Source of the DNA: Minisyncoccota bacterium
GTDB lineage: Bacteria > Patescibacteriota > Minisyncoccia > Phycocordibacterales > JBAYLF01
Reading direction: 5' to 3'
Length of the DNA stretch: 64,000 bases
NCBI GenBank assembly: GCA_041664205.1
Contig: JBAYLF010000005.1
Location: forward strand, 7,063 to 71,062
Each line of letters starts with the position of its first letter. Position 1 is the stretch's first letter. The notes under the pieces were generated by a model. The model searched no databases. It was not told where the DNA came from and saw only the letters and a program-made list of their open reading frames with translations. The position numbers were made by a program, and so were the translations under genes. Below are positions 25,778-35,229 of this stretch, piece by piece.

Positions 25778-28177
25778 TTATTTTGAATTTACTCGCATGC
25801 AATAGAAACTTCTCCAAACGAATACAAGTGCGACTGCAAATAGGAGCGTGCCTACATAAGGAGCGATTGAACGGAATCCTTCAGAGATTGTTATTTCCAT
25901 CGCCAAAAGTCCGAATAGCGTGGTGAATTTAATGATAGGGTTTAGCGCGACGGAAGTTGTGTCTTTGAATGGATCTCCGACAGTGTCGCCGACTACTGTG
26001 GCATTGTGCAAAGGAGTTCCTTTTTCTTTTAGATCTACTTCAACTACTTTCTTTGCATTGTCCCATGCGCCTCCTGCGTTTGCCATAAAGATCGCTTGGA
26101 ATAATCCGAAGAATGCGATGCTCATGAGATAGCTTACGAAGAGCGCGATCGGCTGTGCGTTAGTTGCAGAAGGTGCTGACCAAAAAGCGAACGCGAGGGT
26201 AAATGTAAATAGCGCGACGAAAATATTTATCATTCCTTTTTGTGCGTATTGAGTGCAGATCTTTACAACTTCTTTTGATTTTTTTATCGATTCTTCCTGA
26301 TCCTGCTTTTCATCAAGGCTGATATTTTTTCTGATGTATTCAACTGCTCTGTATGCTCCCGCGGTTACTGCTTGGATAGATGCACCAGAGAACCAATATA
26401 TAACTGCACCGCCCAAGAGCCATCCGAAGATTGTGAACGGATTTAGAAGGTTCAAGATAGTTTCTGGTTCTACTCCAAGTTTATTTTTTATCAAGATGAT
26501 CAAAGAGAAGATCATTGTTGTTGTTCCTGCGACGGCTGTGCCGATGAGCACTGGCTTTGCTGTGGCTTTGAAAGTGTTTCCTGCACCGTCGTTTGCTTCA
26601 AGATAATATTTTGCCTTTTCAAAGTCTGGTTTGAAGCCGAATTCTTTTTCGATGTCATATGTTGCTTTGCTGATATTGTTTTCTATGCCAGATAATTCGT
26701 AGACGCTTTGTGCGTTGTCTGTTATTGGTCCATAGCTATCAACGGCGATTGTAACTGGTCCCATACTTAAGAATCCGAAAGCGATCAATCCGAAGGCGAA
26801 GACAACAGGGTAGATCATGAAAGTCGCGAGTCCGAAAGTGCTTGCGTAGAATGCTGTAAACATAAGGCCGAAAAATACTAAACCGTTCCAGAATGCGCTG
26901 AAGTTACCAGCGACTAATCCGGAAAGAATTGTAAGAGATGCTCCGCCTTCACGGGAGGCCTCAACTACTTCTTTAACATGTTTTGATTTTGGACTTGTGA
27001 AAATCTTTGTTACTTCTGGAATAATTGCTGCTCCTAATGTTCCACAGCTTATTATTATTGAGAGCACAAACCAAAGATTATTTGGTAAGGCTCCAAGAAG
27101 CATTTTGCTGACGATGAAAGTCACAATGATAGAAAAGATTGAGGTAAGCCAAACGAGATTTGTTAGAGGCTTTTCAAAATCAAGGTCGTCAGTTTTTCCA
27201 TAAAGAACTTTGCTTAATCCATTGTTCAGCCAGAATGATGAAATAGATGTGATGACCATGAGTATTCTCATAACGAAAATCCATGTAATTAATTCTGCTT
27301 GGTATTGTGGAATTACTGCTAGAACGATGAAGCTGATAAGCGCTACAGCTGTTACTCCGTAAGTTTCAAAACCGTCTGCTGTAGGTCCGACGCTGTCTCC
27401 TGCGTTGTCTCCTGTGCAGTCTGCAATAACTCCTGGGTTTCTTGGATCGTCCTCTTTAATCTTCAAGAAAATTTTCATTAAGTCTGATCCGATGTCGGCG
27501 ATCTTTGTGAAGATGCCTCCGCAGATTCTAAGGACGCTCGCGCCTAATGATTCACCGATAGCAAAACCTATGAAGCATGCGCCGGCAAATTCTTTTGGAA
27601 TGTAATTAAGAATGAAAAGCATCAAGAAGAGTTCAACAGAAACAAGAAGAACTCCGATAGCCATTCCTGAACGTAGGGGAATGTTTAGGAGCTTCAAAGG
27701 TTTTCTTTCAAGTGATGAAAATGCCATTCTGCTGTTTGCGAGAGTATTTACTCTGATGCCGAACCAAGCGACTCCGTATGAGCCGAGAATTCCGATAGTT
27801 GTCCAAGACAATATCAAAGCTACTCCTTTTAGTCCGACTGATTGGAGGTATCCAAAATAGAAGCCAATGAATATTGCAATCAAAACAAAAAGTGAAAGGA
27901 TAAGTTTACCTTGCTGAATAAGATAAGTTTTGCATGTCTCAAAAATAATTTTGGAAACATCGCCCATAGATTCGTGAGTTGGCATTTTTTTAACCTTGAG
28001 GTATTGGTAGACGCCAAAGATAATTCCCAAGATACACACTACAAAACCGATCTTAAATAGGTTTTGCTGGCCACTAGATAGGTCAGGTATCTTTAAGTCG
28101 GCTTCGCTCGCGAGAGCGGTATTAAAGGAGGTTAATAAAAGAAAGAGTGTGAAAAACAATTTTGTTATGATTTTCAT
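25778..28177 (-). CDS. hppA: Membrane-bound ion-translocating pyrophosphatase
   Basis: GGIFTKIADIGSDL, EDDPRNPGVIADCTGDNAGD, DSYGPITDNA, GNTFKA, GGAWDNAKK, GDTVGDPFKDT. Confidence 0.98.
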   Translation of the reverse strand: MKIITKLFFTLFLLLTSFNTALASEADLKIPDLSSGQQNLFKIGFVVCILGIIFGVYQYLKVKKMPTHESMGDVSKIIFETCKTYLIQQGKLILSLFVLIAIFIGFYFGYLQSVGLKGVALILSWTTIGILGSYGVAWFGIRVNTLANSRMAFSSLERKPLKLLNIPLRSGMAIGVLLVSVELFLMLFILNYIPKEFAGACFIGFAIGESLGASVLRICGGIFTKIADIGSDLMKIFLKIKEDDPRNPGVIADCTGDNAGDSVGPTADGFETYGVTAVALISFIVLAVIPQYQAELITWIFVMRILMVITSISSFWLNNGLSKVLYGKTDDLDFEKPLTNLVWLTSIFSIIVTFIVSKMLLGALPNNLWFVLSIIISCGTLGAAIIPEVTKIFTSPKSKHVKEVVEASREGGASLTILSGLVAGNFSAFWNGLVFFGLMFTAFYASTFGLATFMIYPVVFAFGLIAFGFLSMGPVTIAVDSYGPITDNAQSVYELSGIENNISKATYDIEKEFGFKPDFEKAKYYLEANDGAGNTFKATAKPVLIGTAVAGTTTMIFSLIILIKNKLGVEPETILNLLNPFTIFGWLLGGAVIYWFSGASIQAVTAGAYRAVEYIRKNISLDEKQDQEESIKKSKEVVKICTQYAQKGMINIFVALFTFTLAFAFWSAPSATNAQPIALFVSYLMSIAFFGLFQAIFMANAGGAWDNAKKVVEVDLKEKGTPLHNATVVGDTVGDPFKDTTSVALNPIIKFTTLFGLLAMEITISEGFRSIAPYVGTLLFAVALVFVWRSFYCMRVNSK

Positions 28178-28292
28178 TCTATAATTTTGCCAAAAAATGG
28201 CTTATTTATTACTTTTAATAAAAATATTCTGAATGGTTAATTCAGAATTAGGTAAGTTCTAATTTAGCAAAATGTAGGCATATTTGCAATGT

Positions 28293-29117
28293 TTATTTAT
28301 CAAGCATTTTCCAGACATTGTTTTTTTCAACGAATTTTTTTGTTGAAGCTATGTCGAAGTTTGAAAGTGACTCATTTCCGGCGTAATTATCCACAACAAT
28401 TTCTTTGTGTCTTATCTTTAGAACGTTGAAAGACACAGGTTCGCCTCTGTATCTTTTTGATATCGCAGTGCCTGCTTGAACAATTATTCCATTGTAACCA
28501 TCTATTTTATAACGGCTGGCAGTATCTCCAATATGAGAAATATGAATGTGTCCTGATAGAAAAACATCAATATTATATTTTGACAATCTTTCCATTGCTA
28601 TTTTTGAGTGAGCAACTACTTTATGAGTCGTTTTTTTATTAATAGGTATATCAAAAGGATGATGACAAACAACTATTTTAATTAATTTAGAATCAACATT
28701 TTGCAAGATTTTTTCAGCTTCTTCCAATTGTTCTTTACTGATTTTTCCTGAAGAGACAGTGAAATTTCTTACTGAATTTATGGCGACAATAGCTATATCG
28801 TTGTCGCGATAAAAAGGTGATATGTCAGGAGAAATAAATTTCGAATATTTTCTAAAAGGAGAGTGAAAGCGTTCTAAAATATTATATAAAGGTATGTCAT
28901 GATTTCCAGGAATAATAAAAGTCGGTCTATTTAGCGACTTTATAAATTTGCGAGCTTCAAGGTATTCTCTTTCTTTTGCTCTCTGGGTAAGATCTCCAGA
29001 AATAATGACAAGCTCAGGGTTTATTGCTTCTATATTTCTAATAAGTGGTTGGATCGCTTTTCTTTCTACTCTGCCAAAATGTAAGTCTGAAATTTGGACG
29101 ATTGTTTTTGTTTTCAT
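28293..29117 (-). CDS. Calcineurin-like metallophosphoesterase (CpdA/Icc-like)
   Basis: SDLHFG, SGDLTQRA, PGNHD, HHP, SGHIH. Confidence 0.93.
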   Translation of the reverse strand: MKTKTIVQISDLHFGRVERKAIQPLIRNIEAINPELVIISGDLTQRAKEREYLEARKFIKSLNRPTFIIPGNHDIPLYNILERFHSPFRKYSKFISPDISPFYRDNDIAIVAINSVRNFTVSSGKISKEQLEEAEKILQNVDSKLIKIVVCHHPFDIPINKKTTHKVVAHSKIAMERLSKYNIDVFLSGHIHISHIGDTASRYKIDGYNGIIVQAGTAISKRYRGEPVSFNVLKIRHKEIVVDNYAGNESLSNFDIASTKKFVEKNNVWKMLDK

Positions 29118-29313
29118 AAACAAGGATTGTTTTTAACGATAACAAAGTATATCAGATTTGATAAAAATTCGGTATATTGCGTTTTATTATTAAGTGACTC
29201 AAAGCTTTGTTGTAAGCGTCTATATTAGTGTATAATAATATATGTTCGCTAATTTAAAATGTTATTAGTGAGCATGTTTTTAAAAATCATTATTAAATTA
29301 TATTTAAAACCCA

Positions 29314-29607
29314 ATGTCATCAATATCAAAAGTAATAGTATTTTTCATTGTCATTATACTGCTAGCTTGTGGAATATTGTGGTATTTTAATCAGCCAGAA
29401 GCTAATCCTAATGTAAATGTTCAATCTCAAGATATAAGCTCAGAACAACAAACAGCAGATAACTCAAAAAGTGCTCCTTTAGATAATTCTGATGAATCAA
29501 TAGATAATGATCTATCAACTATTGATAATCAGTTAAAGACCCTTGATTCAGATGTAAAAAATATCGATAGCGGAATTAATGATGTTCCTGTCTCTCAGGC
29601 GGAATAA
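29314..29607 (+). CDS. Small membrane-anchored acidic protein
   Basis: N-terminal TM; Asp/Ser-rich helical tail. Confidence 0.75.
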   Translation: MSSISKVIVFFIVIILLACGILWYFNQPEANPNVNVQSQDISSEQQTADNSKSAPLDNSDESIDNDLSTIDNQLKTLDSDVKNIDSGINDVPVSQAE

Positions 29608-29634
29608 AAATATTAATTTTAATTTTAAAAATAT

Positions 29635-30438
29635 ATGAAAACTAAAAAAAGTATAATCGCATTGATCCCGTTAACAATTATTTTATTTGTAGCAGGAGTT
29701 TTTGTACCTAATGCTGGAGCTCAAACTGAAAATGTAGCATCGACTACCAAAACTGCTAAACAACTGGCCAGTGAAAAAAAGTTGATGGTAAAGATAATAG
29801 ATCGTGCTAACAAGGAAATAGACCGAAGAGTTACAGCTCTTGATGCTTTAGCAGCTCGAGTTCAGGAAATGAAAAAAGTTTCAGATAATGAAAAAGCAAC
29901 AATTGCTTCTGATGTTCAATCTCAAAATAGCATTCTCGTAAGTCTAAAAGCTAAAATTGCCGCAGATACAGATATAGAAACTATGCGCGCTGATGTTAAA
30001 TCAATCACAGGAACATACAGGGTTTTTGCACTTATTATTCCTAGAGGACATATTGTTGCTTCTGCAGATAAAATTAATACTGTGGCCGATCTGTTCACCG
30101 CTATAGTTACCAAGCTTGAAGCTAAAATAGTCGTAGCAAAATCAGCAGGAAATGATGTAGCAGTTTTGGAATCGACTCTTGCCGATATGAAAGCTAAAAT
30201 TGCTGATGCAAAAGTTCAAGCGCAGAATGCAGATGCTAAAGTTGCTCCGTTAACTCCAGATCAAGGAGATACGGCGAAACTTCAAGCAAATAAAACTGCT
30301 TTATCACAAGCAAGAACATCGATTAAGGTGGGCAATGACGATCTTAAGAAGGCCAGACAAGATGCAACCCTTATTGTTAAAGAGTTAAAAGCATTCAAGG
30401 TAAATACAGCAACGACTACTCCAGCTTCTGTTCAATAG
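29635..30438 (+). CDS. Exported Ala/Lys-rich coiled-coil protein
   Basis: Signal peptide (AGA-Q) followed by long amphipathic helices. Confidence 0.8.
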   Translation: MKTKKSIIALIPLTIILFVAGVFVPNAGAQTENVASTTKTAKQLASEKKLMVKIIDRANKEIDRRVTALDALAARVQEMKKVSDNEKATIASDVQSQNSILVSLKAKIAADTDIETMRADVKSITGTYRVFALIIPRGHIVASADKINTVADLFTAIVTKLEAKIVVAKSAGNDVAVLESTLADMKAKIADAKVQAQNADAKVAPLTPDQGDTAKLQANKTALSQARTSIKVGNDDLKKARQDATLIVKELKAFKVNTATTTPASVQ

Positions 30439-30546
30439 AATATTTTTCTAGTTTAATACCAAAACAAAAAACCTCTAATGTAAATTAGAGGTTTTTGTTA
30501 TAGGGCTTATAATAGACTTGTCGTAAAATAACCTATAAATAAATTT

Positions 30547-31764
30547 ATGAACCCTTTTGAAAATGCACTTAAACAACTTGATCGAGTTGTGAAAGTAAAA
30601 GTTTTTGATGAAAATTTTATTACTAAACTTAGATTGCCTGAGCGCGAGATAAAAGTTTCTATCCCTGTGAAAATGGATGATGGAAATGTTAAGGTTTTTG
30701 AAGGCTACAGAGTTCAATATTCAAATGCTCGCGGACCATATAAAGGAGGGATTCGTTTTCATCCTGATACAGAGATAAACGAAGTTCGAGCGTTGGCATT
30801 TTGGATGGCGCTTAAATGTGCAGTAGCAGGAATTCCTATGGGTGGGGGAAAAGGCGGAGTTACAGTTGATCCAAAAAAATTATCAAAAACGGAGCTTGAA
30901 AAACTCTCACGCGGATTTGTTAAGATGCTTCATCTTGTAATTGGCCCGCAAAAAGATGTTCCTGCTCCAGATGTTAATACTACGCCAGAGATAATGGCGT
31001 GGATGTCAGATGAATATGAAAAGCTGTCAGGAGACAAAAGTGGAGCAACATTTACCGGAAAGTCGGTTGAGCGAGGCGGATCAGAAGGAAGAGGTGTTGC
31101 AACAGGACTGGGAGGTTTTTATGCTTTTGATGTGTTGAGAGAGAAATTAAAGTTGCCTAAGAAATCTACGGTTGTTATTCAAGGAATGGGAAATGTCGGA
31201 GGAAATGCCGGAAAGATATTTAACAAGAACGGACACAAAGTTATTGCAATTTCAGATTCTAAAAGTGGAATTTACAATAAAGATGGAATTGATGTAAATG
31301 AGGTTGAAGAATATAAAAAGGCCAATGGCTCGCTTGCAGGGTTTCCTAATTTTAAAAAGATAAGCAACGCAGAGCTTTTAGAACTTTCATGCGATGTTTT
31401 AATACCTGCAGCACTTGAAAATCAGATAACAAAAAACAACGCTTCAAAAATTAAGGCAAAAGTTATTTTGGAACTTGCTAATGGTCCAACAACAACGGAA
31501 GCAGATGATATTTTATTTAAGAGAAAAATAAAAGTCATCCCAGATATTTTAGCGAACTCTGGCGGAGTGATCGTTTCAACATTTGAATGGGAACAGAATT
31601 TAAAAGGCGAGCATTGGAGTGAGAAAAAAGTTTTAGATAAACTAAAGAAAATTATTGATAGGGAATCGATAAATGTTTGGAATACTGCTAAGAAAAACAG
31701 AACAGATATGAGAAGGGGAGCGTTTATTGTTGCGTTGGATCGTTTAGAAAAATCGATGAAATAA
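30547..31764 (+). CDS. gdhA: Glu/Leu/Phe/Val dehydrogenase (glutamate dehydrogenase)
   Basis: RGPYKGGIRFHP, GGGKGG, DVPAPDVNT, FTGK, QGMGNVG, ELANGPTT, PDILANSGGV. Confidence 0.96.
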   Translation: MNPFENALKQLDRVVKVKVFDENFITKLRLPEREIKVSIPVKMDDGNVKVFEGYRVQYSNARGPYKGGIRFHPDTEINEVRALAFWMALKCAVAGIPMGGGKGGVTVDPKKLSKTELEKLSRGFVKMLHLVIGPQKDVPAPDVNTTPEIMAWMSDEYEKLSGDKSGATFTGKSVERGGSEGRGVATGLGGFYAFDVLREKLKLPKKSTVVIQGMGNVGGNAGKIFNKNGHKVIAISDSKSGIYNKDGIDVNEVEEYKKANGSLAGFPNFKKISNAELLELSCDVLIPAALENQITKNNASKIKAKVILELANGPTTTEADDILFKRKIKVIPDILANSGGVIVSTFEWEQNLKGEHWSEKKVLDKLKKIIDRESINVWNTAKKNRTDMRRGAFIVALDRLEKSMK

Positions 31765-31772
31765 TTTTTATA

Positions 31773-31804
31773 AAAAAATGAGCCCGACGCATAGCGTCGG
31801 GCTC
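31773..31804. repeat. 32-bp hairpin/terminator repeat, copy A
   Basis: AAAAAATGAGCCCGACGCATAGCGTCGGGCTC; exact reverse complement at 32597-32628. Confidence 0.9.
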
Positions 31805-31828
31805 TAAGGTTTATAAAATTAAAAGGTA

Positions 31829-32542
31829 TCAATTTTCATGATTTATTTTAACCCCATTTTCATCGATGGTGATCAAACTTGATGGAATGCTTGTCCAGTC
31901 GCCGGTGTTGTAGTATTCAATCCCATTGATTGTCCAATGGAGTTCTTGATGAGTGTGTCCGCAAAAAACAAAATCAGCTCCATAAGGTTTGCTGTGACGA
32001 ACTGCTCCTTCGGCAATTTTACGAGAAACTCTCAGCCATTTTTTGCTCATCTTTTTTACATAACGGCTGAAACGATGAGTTTTTTTGTCCAACTTCTGAA
32101 GAAGTTCGTAAAAAATTGTTGCCAATTCGCTAAGCAACCAATTATTTTTCATAAAGCTGTCGAATTGGTGACCATGAATAGCAAAATAAATCTTTCCTTG
32201 ATAAGCCCAGGAATATTCTACTTTAGTTCTGATACCAACGAGGTGTGCCATTACGTCAGCAAGAGCTTCGTCATGATTTCCTAATACCCACACAACTTCA
32301 ATATTTCTTTTCGGATTTGAAAGAAGACGGATATAAGAAATAAGTTTCCAATGCTCCTTTTTTAATCTTTTAAAATTAAGATCATCAAACATATCGCCTA
32401 AAATGATCAATCGTTTGAAACGATAACGTTTTAGAACTTGAAGAAGTGTGCTGGCTCGGCTTACTTCAGAACCTAGATGAACGTCAGAAAAAATAAGCGT
32501 GTCAACTTCCGTTATAGGTATAGCAGTTTGTGTTTGTTCCAT
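31829..32542 (-). CDS. UDP-2,3-diacylglucosamine diphosphatase-like (LpxH-like) metallophosphoesterase
   Basis: SDVHLG, GDMFD, GNHD, HGHQFD, CGHTH, NTGDW; start set at ATG 32542. Confidence 0.88.
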   Translation of the reverse strand: MEQTQTAIPITEVDTLIFSDVHLGSEVSRASTLLQVLKRYRFKRLIILGDMFDDLNFKRLKKEHWKLISYIRLLSNPKRNIEVVWVLGNHDEALADVMAHLVGIRTKVEYSWAYQGKIYFAIHGHQFDSFMKNNWLLSELATIFYELLQKLDKKTHRFSRYVKKMSKKWLRVSRKIAEGAVRHSKPYGADFVFCGHTHQELHWTINGIEYYNTGDWTSIPSSLITIDENGVKINHEN

Positions 32543-32596
32543 ATCTAACTCTCTTTTTCTGAGGTCAGTATAGCTTATTTGTAAAATAAAAAAAGT

Positions 32597-32628
32597 GAGC
32601 CCGACGCTATGCGTCGGGCTCATTTTTT
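32597..32628. repeat. 32-bp hairpin/terminator repeat, copy B (inverted)
   Basis: GAGCCCGACGCTATGCGTCGGGCTCATTTTTT. Confidence 0.9.
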
Positions 32629-32639
32629 GATTTGTTAAA

Positions 32640-33287
32640 TTAAGATCTGACGCCTTCATAGAACATTTTCCTGTCTTTTTCAAAGAATTTTTCTGCTATG
32701 TGATGAATTGAGTAAGTGATGAAGAACGCTGCAAATACATCAATTGTGTAGTGAAGGTGACCCAGAAGAACAACAGCGCCAAAGAAGACCGCATTCGCTA
32801 TAAAAAATATTTTAAGTATTTTATTTTTTTCAAAAATTAAGGCCAGTAAAAACGGCAAGCCTGTGTGAGCGGAGAAAAATAGATCTGCTCCAAAAGTGAA
32901 GTTGTTTATCCAACTTTCTGGATTAAGCGCTATTTGATCTGGATAAGGACCGATATGTGTCATCGTAAGAAAAACAGATCTAATGATAACAAAAAGCGCA
33001 ATGCTTTTTAAGATAAAAGGTATGCGTTTTGGTTCATGAACACAAAGGAGGGTAACGTAAAACCATAAAATCAAAGGTCCATAAATGAATATAGTATTCA
33101 TGTTAAAAACTGGCGTATTACTGAGGATTATGTCTTGCACAGGACTACTAGCACTTTCTGAAGCATAAGTGCCAGCATAGTAATTTATAACGAGACTAAT
33201 TAAAATAAATACCAAACCTAAAAAAGAAGATAGCATGAACGATTTATTAGAAAGATAGAGTTTGTATTTTTTAGTAAGTGTTTTCAT
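32640..33287 (-). CDS. PAP2-superfamily membrane protein, sphingomyelin-synthase-like
   Basis: About 6 TM helices; GADLFFSAHT and HYTIDV match the SMS D3/D4 catalytic motifs. Confidence 0.85.
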   Translation of the reverse strand: MKTLTKKYKLYLSNKSFMLSSFLGLVFILISLVINYYAGTYASESASSPVQDIILSNTPVFNMNTIFIYGPLILWFYVTLLCVHEPKRIPFILKSIALFVIIRSVFLTMTHIGPYPDQIALNPESWINNFTFGADLFFSAHTGLPFLLALIFEKNKILKIFFIANAVFFGAVVLLGHLHYTIDVFAAFFITYSIHHIAEKFFEKDRKMFYEGVRS

Positions 33288-33420
33288 TTATTTAAATTTA
33301 CTATAAAGGTTAAATATTATTTGTTAAATTATATCAGATTTTAAATTTTAGTATAAGTTAAAAATTCTAAAATATTTATAAATTTTTACCTCATAGACAT
33401 AATTATGGTTTTATTCTTTT

Positions 33421-33459
33421 AATTAGCCACAACTTTAATTTTCAAAGTTGTGGCTAATT
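33421..33459 (-). terminator. Terminator-like hairpin after the ABC operon
   Basis: AATTAGCCACAACTTT-N7-AAAGTTGTGGCTAATT. Confidence 0.7.
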
Positions 33460-33484
33460 GATTATTGATGTTAAAAAGTGATTG

Positions 33485-33973
33485 TTAATTTGCTGTTGGT
33501 TGTTGTGGTTGTGGTTGTGGCTGTGGCTGTGCTGCTCTAATTTGAACGGTTTGAGCTGTTATGCTTCCGTCTGAGTTTGCACTTCCTGAGGCAACTACTT
33601 GAACACCATTAGATAGATCATTCTTTGAACCTTCGGTATCTTTTGTAACTTTTGTTGAATCAGAAAGGAAGACAATTTTTGATCCGCCGTTAGTAAGTTT
33701 TATTGTTATACTTTTATCATCTTTGGAAAGTATTTCGCCTGCTGCGAAACCTCCGTTTCCATTCATCATATTGTTTCCGTTGTGAGCTGTTCCTTTTTGG
33801 TTTAAATTAAATCCCGCACCACCCATTTGCTGGAATTTTTGACCTCTAGTAGCTGACTGATTACTTTGGTCGTATTTCATGCCAGCATAAAAAGATCCAC
33901 TTCCTACAACTATTAAACTTATAATGACTGAAATTAATATTTTTTTATCCATACCATATATTTTATTATTCAT
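33485..33973 (-). CDS. Membrane-anchored OB-fold protein (DUF5666-like)
   Basis: TM with FYAGMKY; GEILSKDDKSITIKL..GGSKIV...GSITAQTVQI; QP-repeat tail. Confidence 0.8.
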   Translation of the reverse strand: MNNKIYGMDKKILISVIISLIVVGSGSFYAGMKYDQSNQSATRGQKFQQMGGAGFNLNQKGTAHNGNNMMNGNGGFAAGEILSKDDKSITIKLTNGGSKIVFLSDSTKVTKDTEGSKNDLSNGVQVVASGSANSDGSITAQTVQIRAAQPQPQPQPQQPTAN

Positions 33974-34005
33974 ATTTTTTGTTATTAATTGATAATGTTA
34001 ATAAT

Positions 34006-35229
34006 TTATTCGTAACGTAATGCCTCTATTGGATTCAATGATGCGGCATGACGAGCAGGATAATAACCAAAAACAATTCCTATTGTTGCTGAAACTCCAA
34101 ATGCTAAAAGTATTGAATAAAGTGAAACTGAAGCTGTAATAATATTGAAGTAAGTTACAGCAAAAGATATTAGCCACCCTATTATTACTCCTAGAATTCC
34201 TCCTAGAAATGTAAGCGCAACAGCTTCAGCTAAAAATTGTAAATTTATATCGCGTTTTTTTGCACCAATAGCTTTACGTAATCCGATCTCTCTTGTTCTT
34301 TCTGTGACTGTCGTAAGCATCATGTTCATAATTCCGATTCCGCCGACTACAAGCGAGATGCCAGCAATTGCCGCGAGTAGTGTTGTAAAAGTTGTCGCCA
34401 TGCTTGAAGCTGCGGAAACTATATCAGCTTGGTTCATTGTGCTGAAGTCTGCGAGAGTTGAATCAGATATATGGTGGCGAGTTAATAGAAGATCAGTAAT
34501 TTGCTGTTGAACTTCAGATAATGTTTCCGAATCCTGTCCTTCAACGCTTATTGTAGTTACATAAGTATTTCCCGCTAGAAATTTTTGAGCAGTTGAAATT
34601 GGAATAAAAATTATATCATCCTGACTCCCAAAGCCAGATCCACCTTTTGCTTTGGTTACTCCTATTACTTTAAATTCTATTCCTTTGATACGTAATACTT
34701 GACCTACTGCATCTGTGTCGGTTCCAAAAAGATCATCACGAGTTGTAGGTCCTATTACAGCAACTTTTGCCATACTACTAACTTGTTGATCAGTTATAAA
34801 ATAACCCTGATCTACTTCAATCTTTCTAACTTCAGGATATGAAGAAACTGTTCCAGTAACGGAAGTGTTTGTGTTTGTTCCTTTTGCTGTTATTTGGTAT
34901 CTTCCTGAAACTTCAGGAGCGATAGCTTTTATGGAAGTTATTTCTTTTGCGATTGCGTTAGCATCTTCTTGAGTGAGTGATTGGGCCGAACCTCTTCCTG
35001 AGCTCACTTGCATTCCAGGCCCTTTTTGAGTTCCTGGAGTAACTAATATAAGATTTGAACCAATTGATTGAATGCTTGATTGTATGGAATCTTTTGTGCC
35101 TTGTCCGATTGCAACCAATGCAATAACAGAACTAATACCAATAACAATACCAAGAACTGTAAGTCCTGACCTTATTTTGTTTGCTGATAGGGCAGCATAT
35201 GTTTCTTGTAGTATATCTAAGGTTGTCAT
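34006..35229 (-). CDS. MacB/YknZ-like ABC transporter permease
   Basis: RSGLTVLGIVIGISSV, ISLVVGGIGIMNMM..VTERTREIGLRKAIGA, PIEALRYE. Confidence 0.96.
   Translation of the reverse strand: MTTLDILQETYAALSANKIRSGLTVLGIVIGISSVIALVAIGQGTKDSIQSSIQSIGSNLILVTPGTQKGPGMQVSSGRGSAQSLTQEDANAIAKEITSIKAIAPEVSGRYQITAKGTNTNTSVTGTVSSYPEVRKIEVDQGYFITDQQVSSMAKVAVIGPTTRDDLFGTDTDAVGQVLRIKGIEFKVIGVTKAKGGSGFGSQDDIIFIPISTAQKFLAGNTYVTTISVEGQDSETLSEVQQQITDLLLTRHHISDSTLADFSTMNQADIVSAASSMATTFTTLLAAIAGISLVVGGIGIMNMMLTTVTERTREIGLRKAIGAKKRDINLQFLAEAVALTFLGGILGVIIGWLISFAVTYFNIITASVSLYSILLAFGVSATIGIVFGYYPARHAASLNPIEALRYE

Noticed and set aside
32543-32683. N-terminal extension of the LpxH-like ORF
   Set aside because: It runs through the hairpin repeat and the PAP2 gene end; ATG 32542 fits the domain start
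33498-33531. Hexamer-like repeat as a phase-variation tract
   Set aside because: It is in frame, degenerate, and simply encodes a QP tail at the C-terminus
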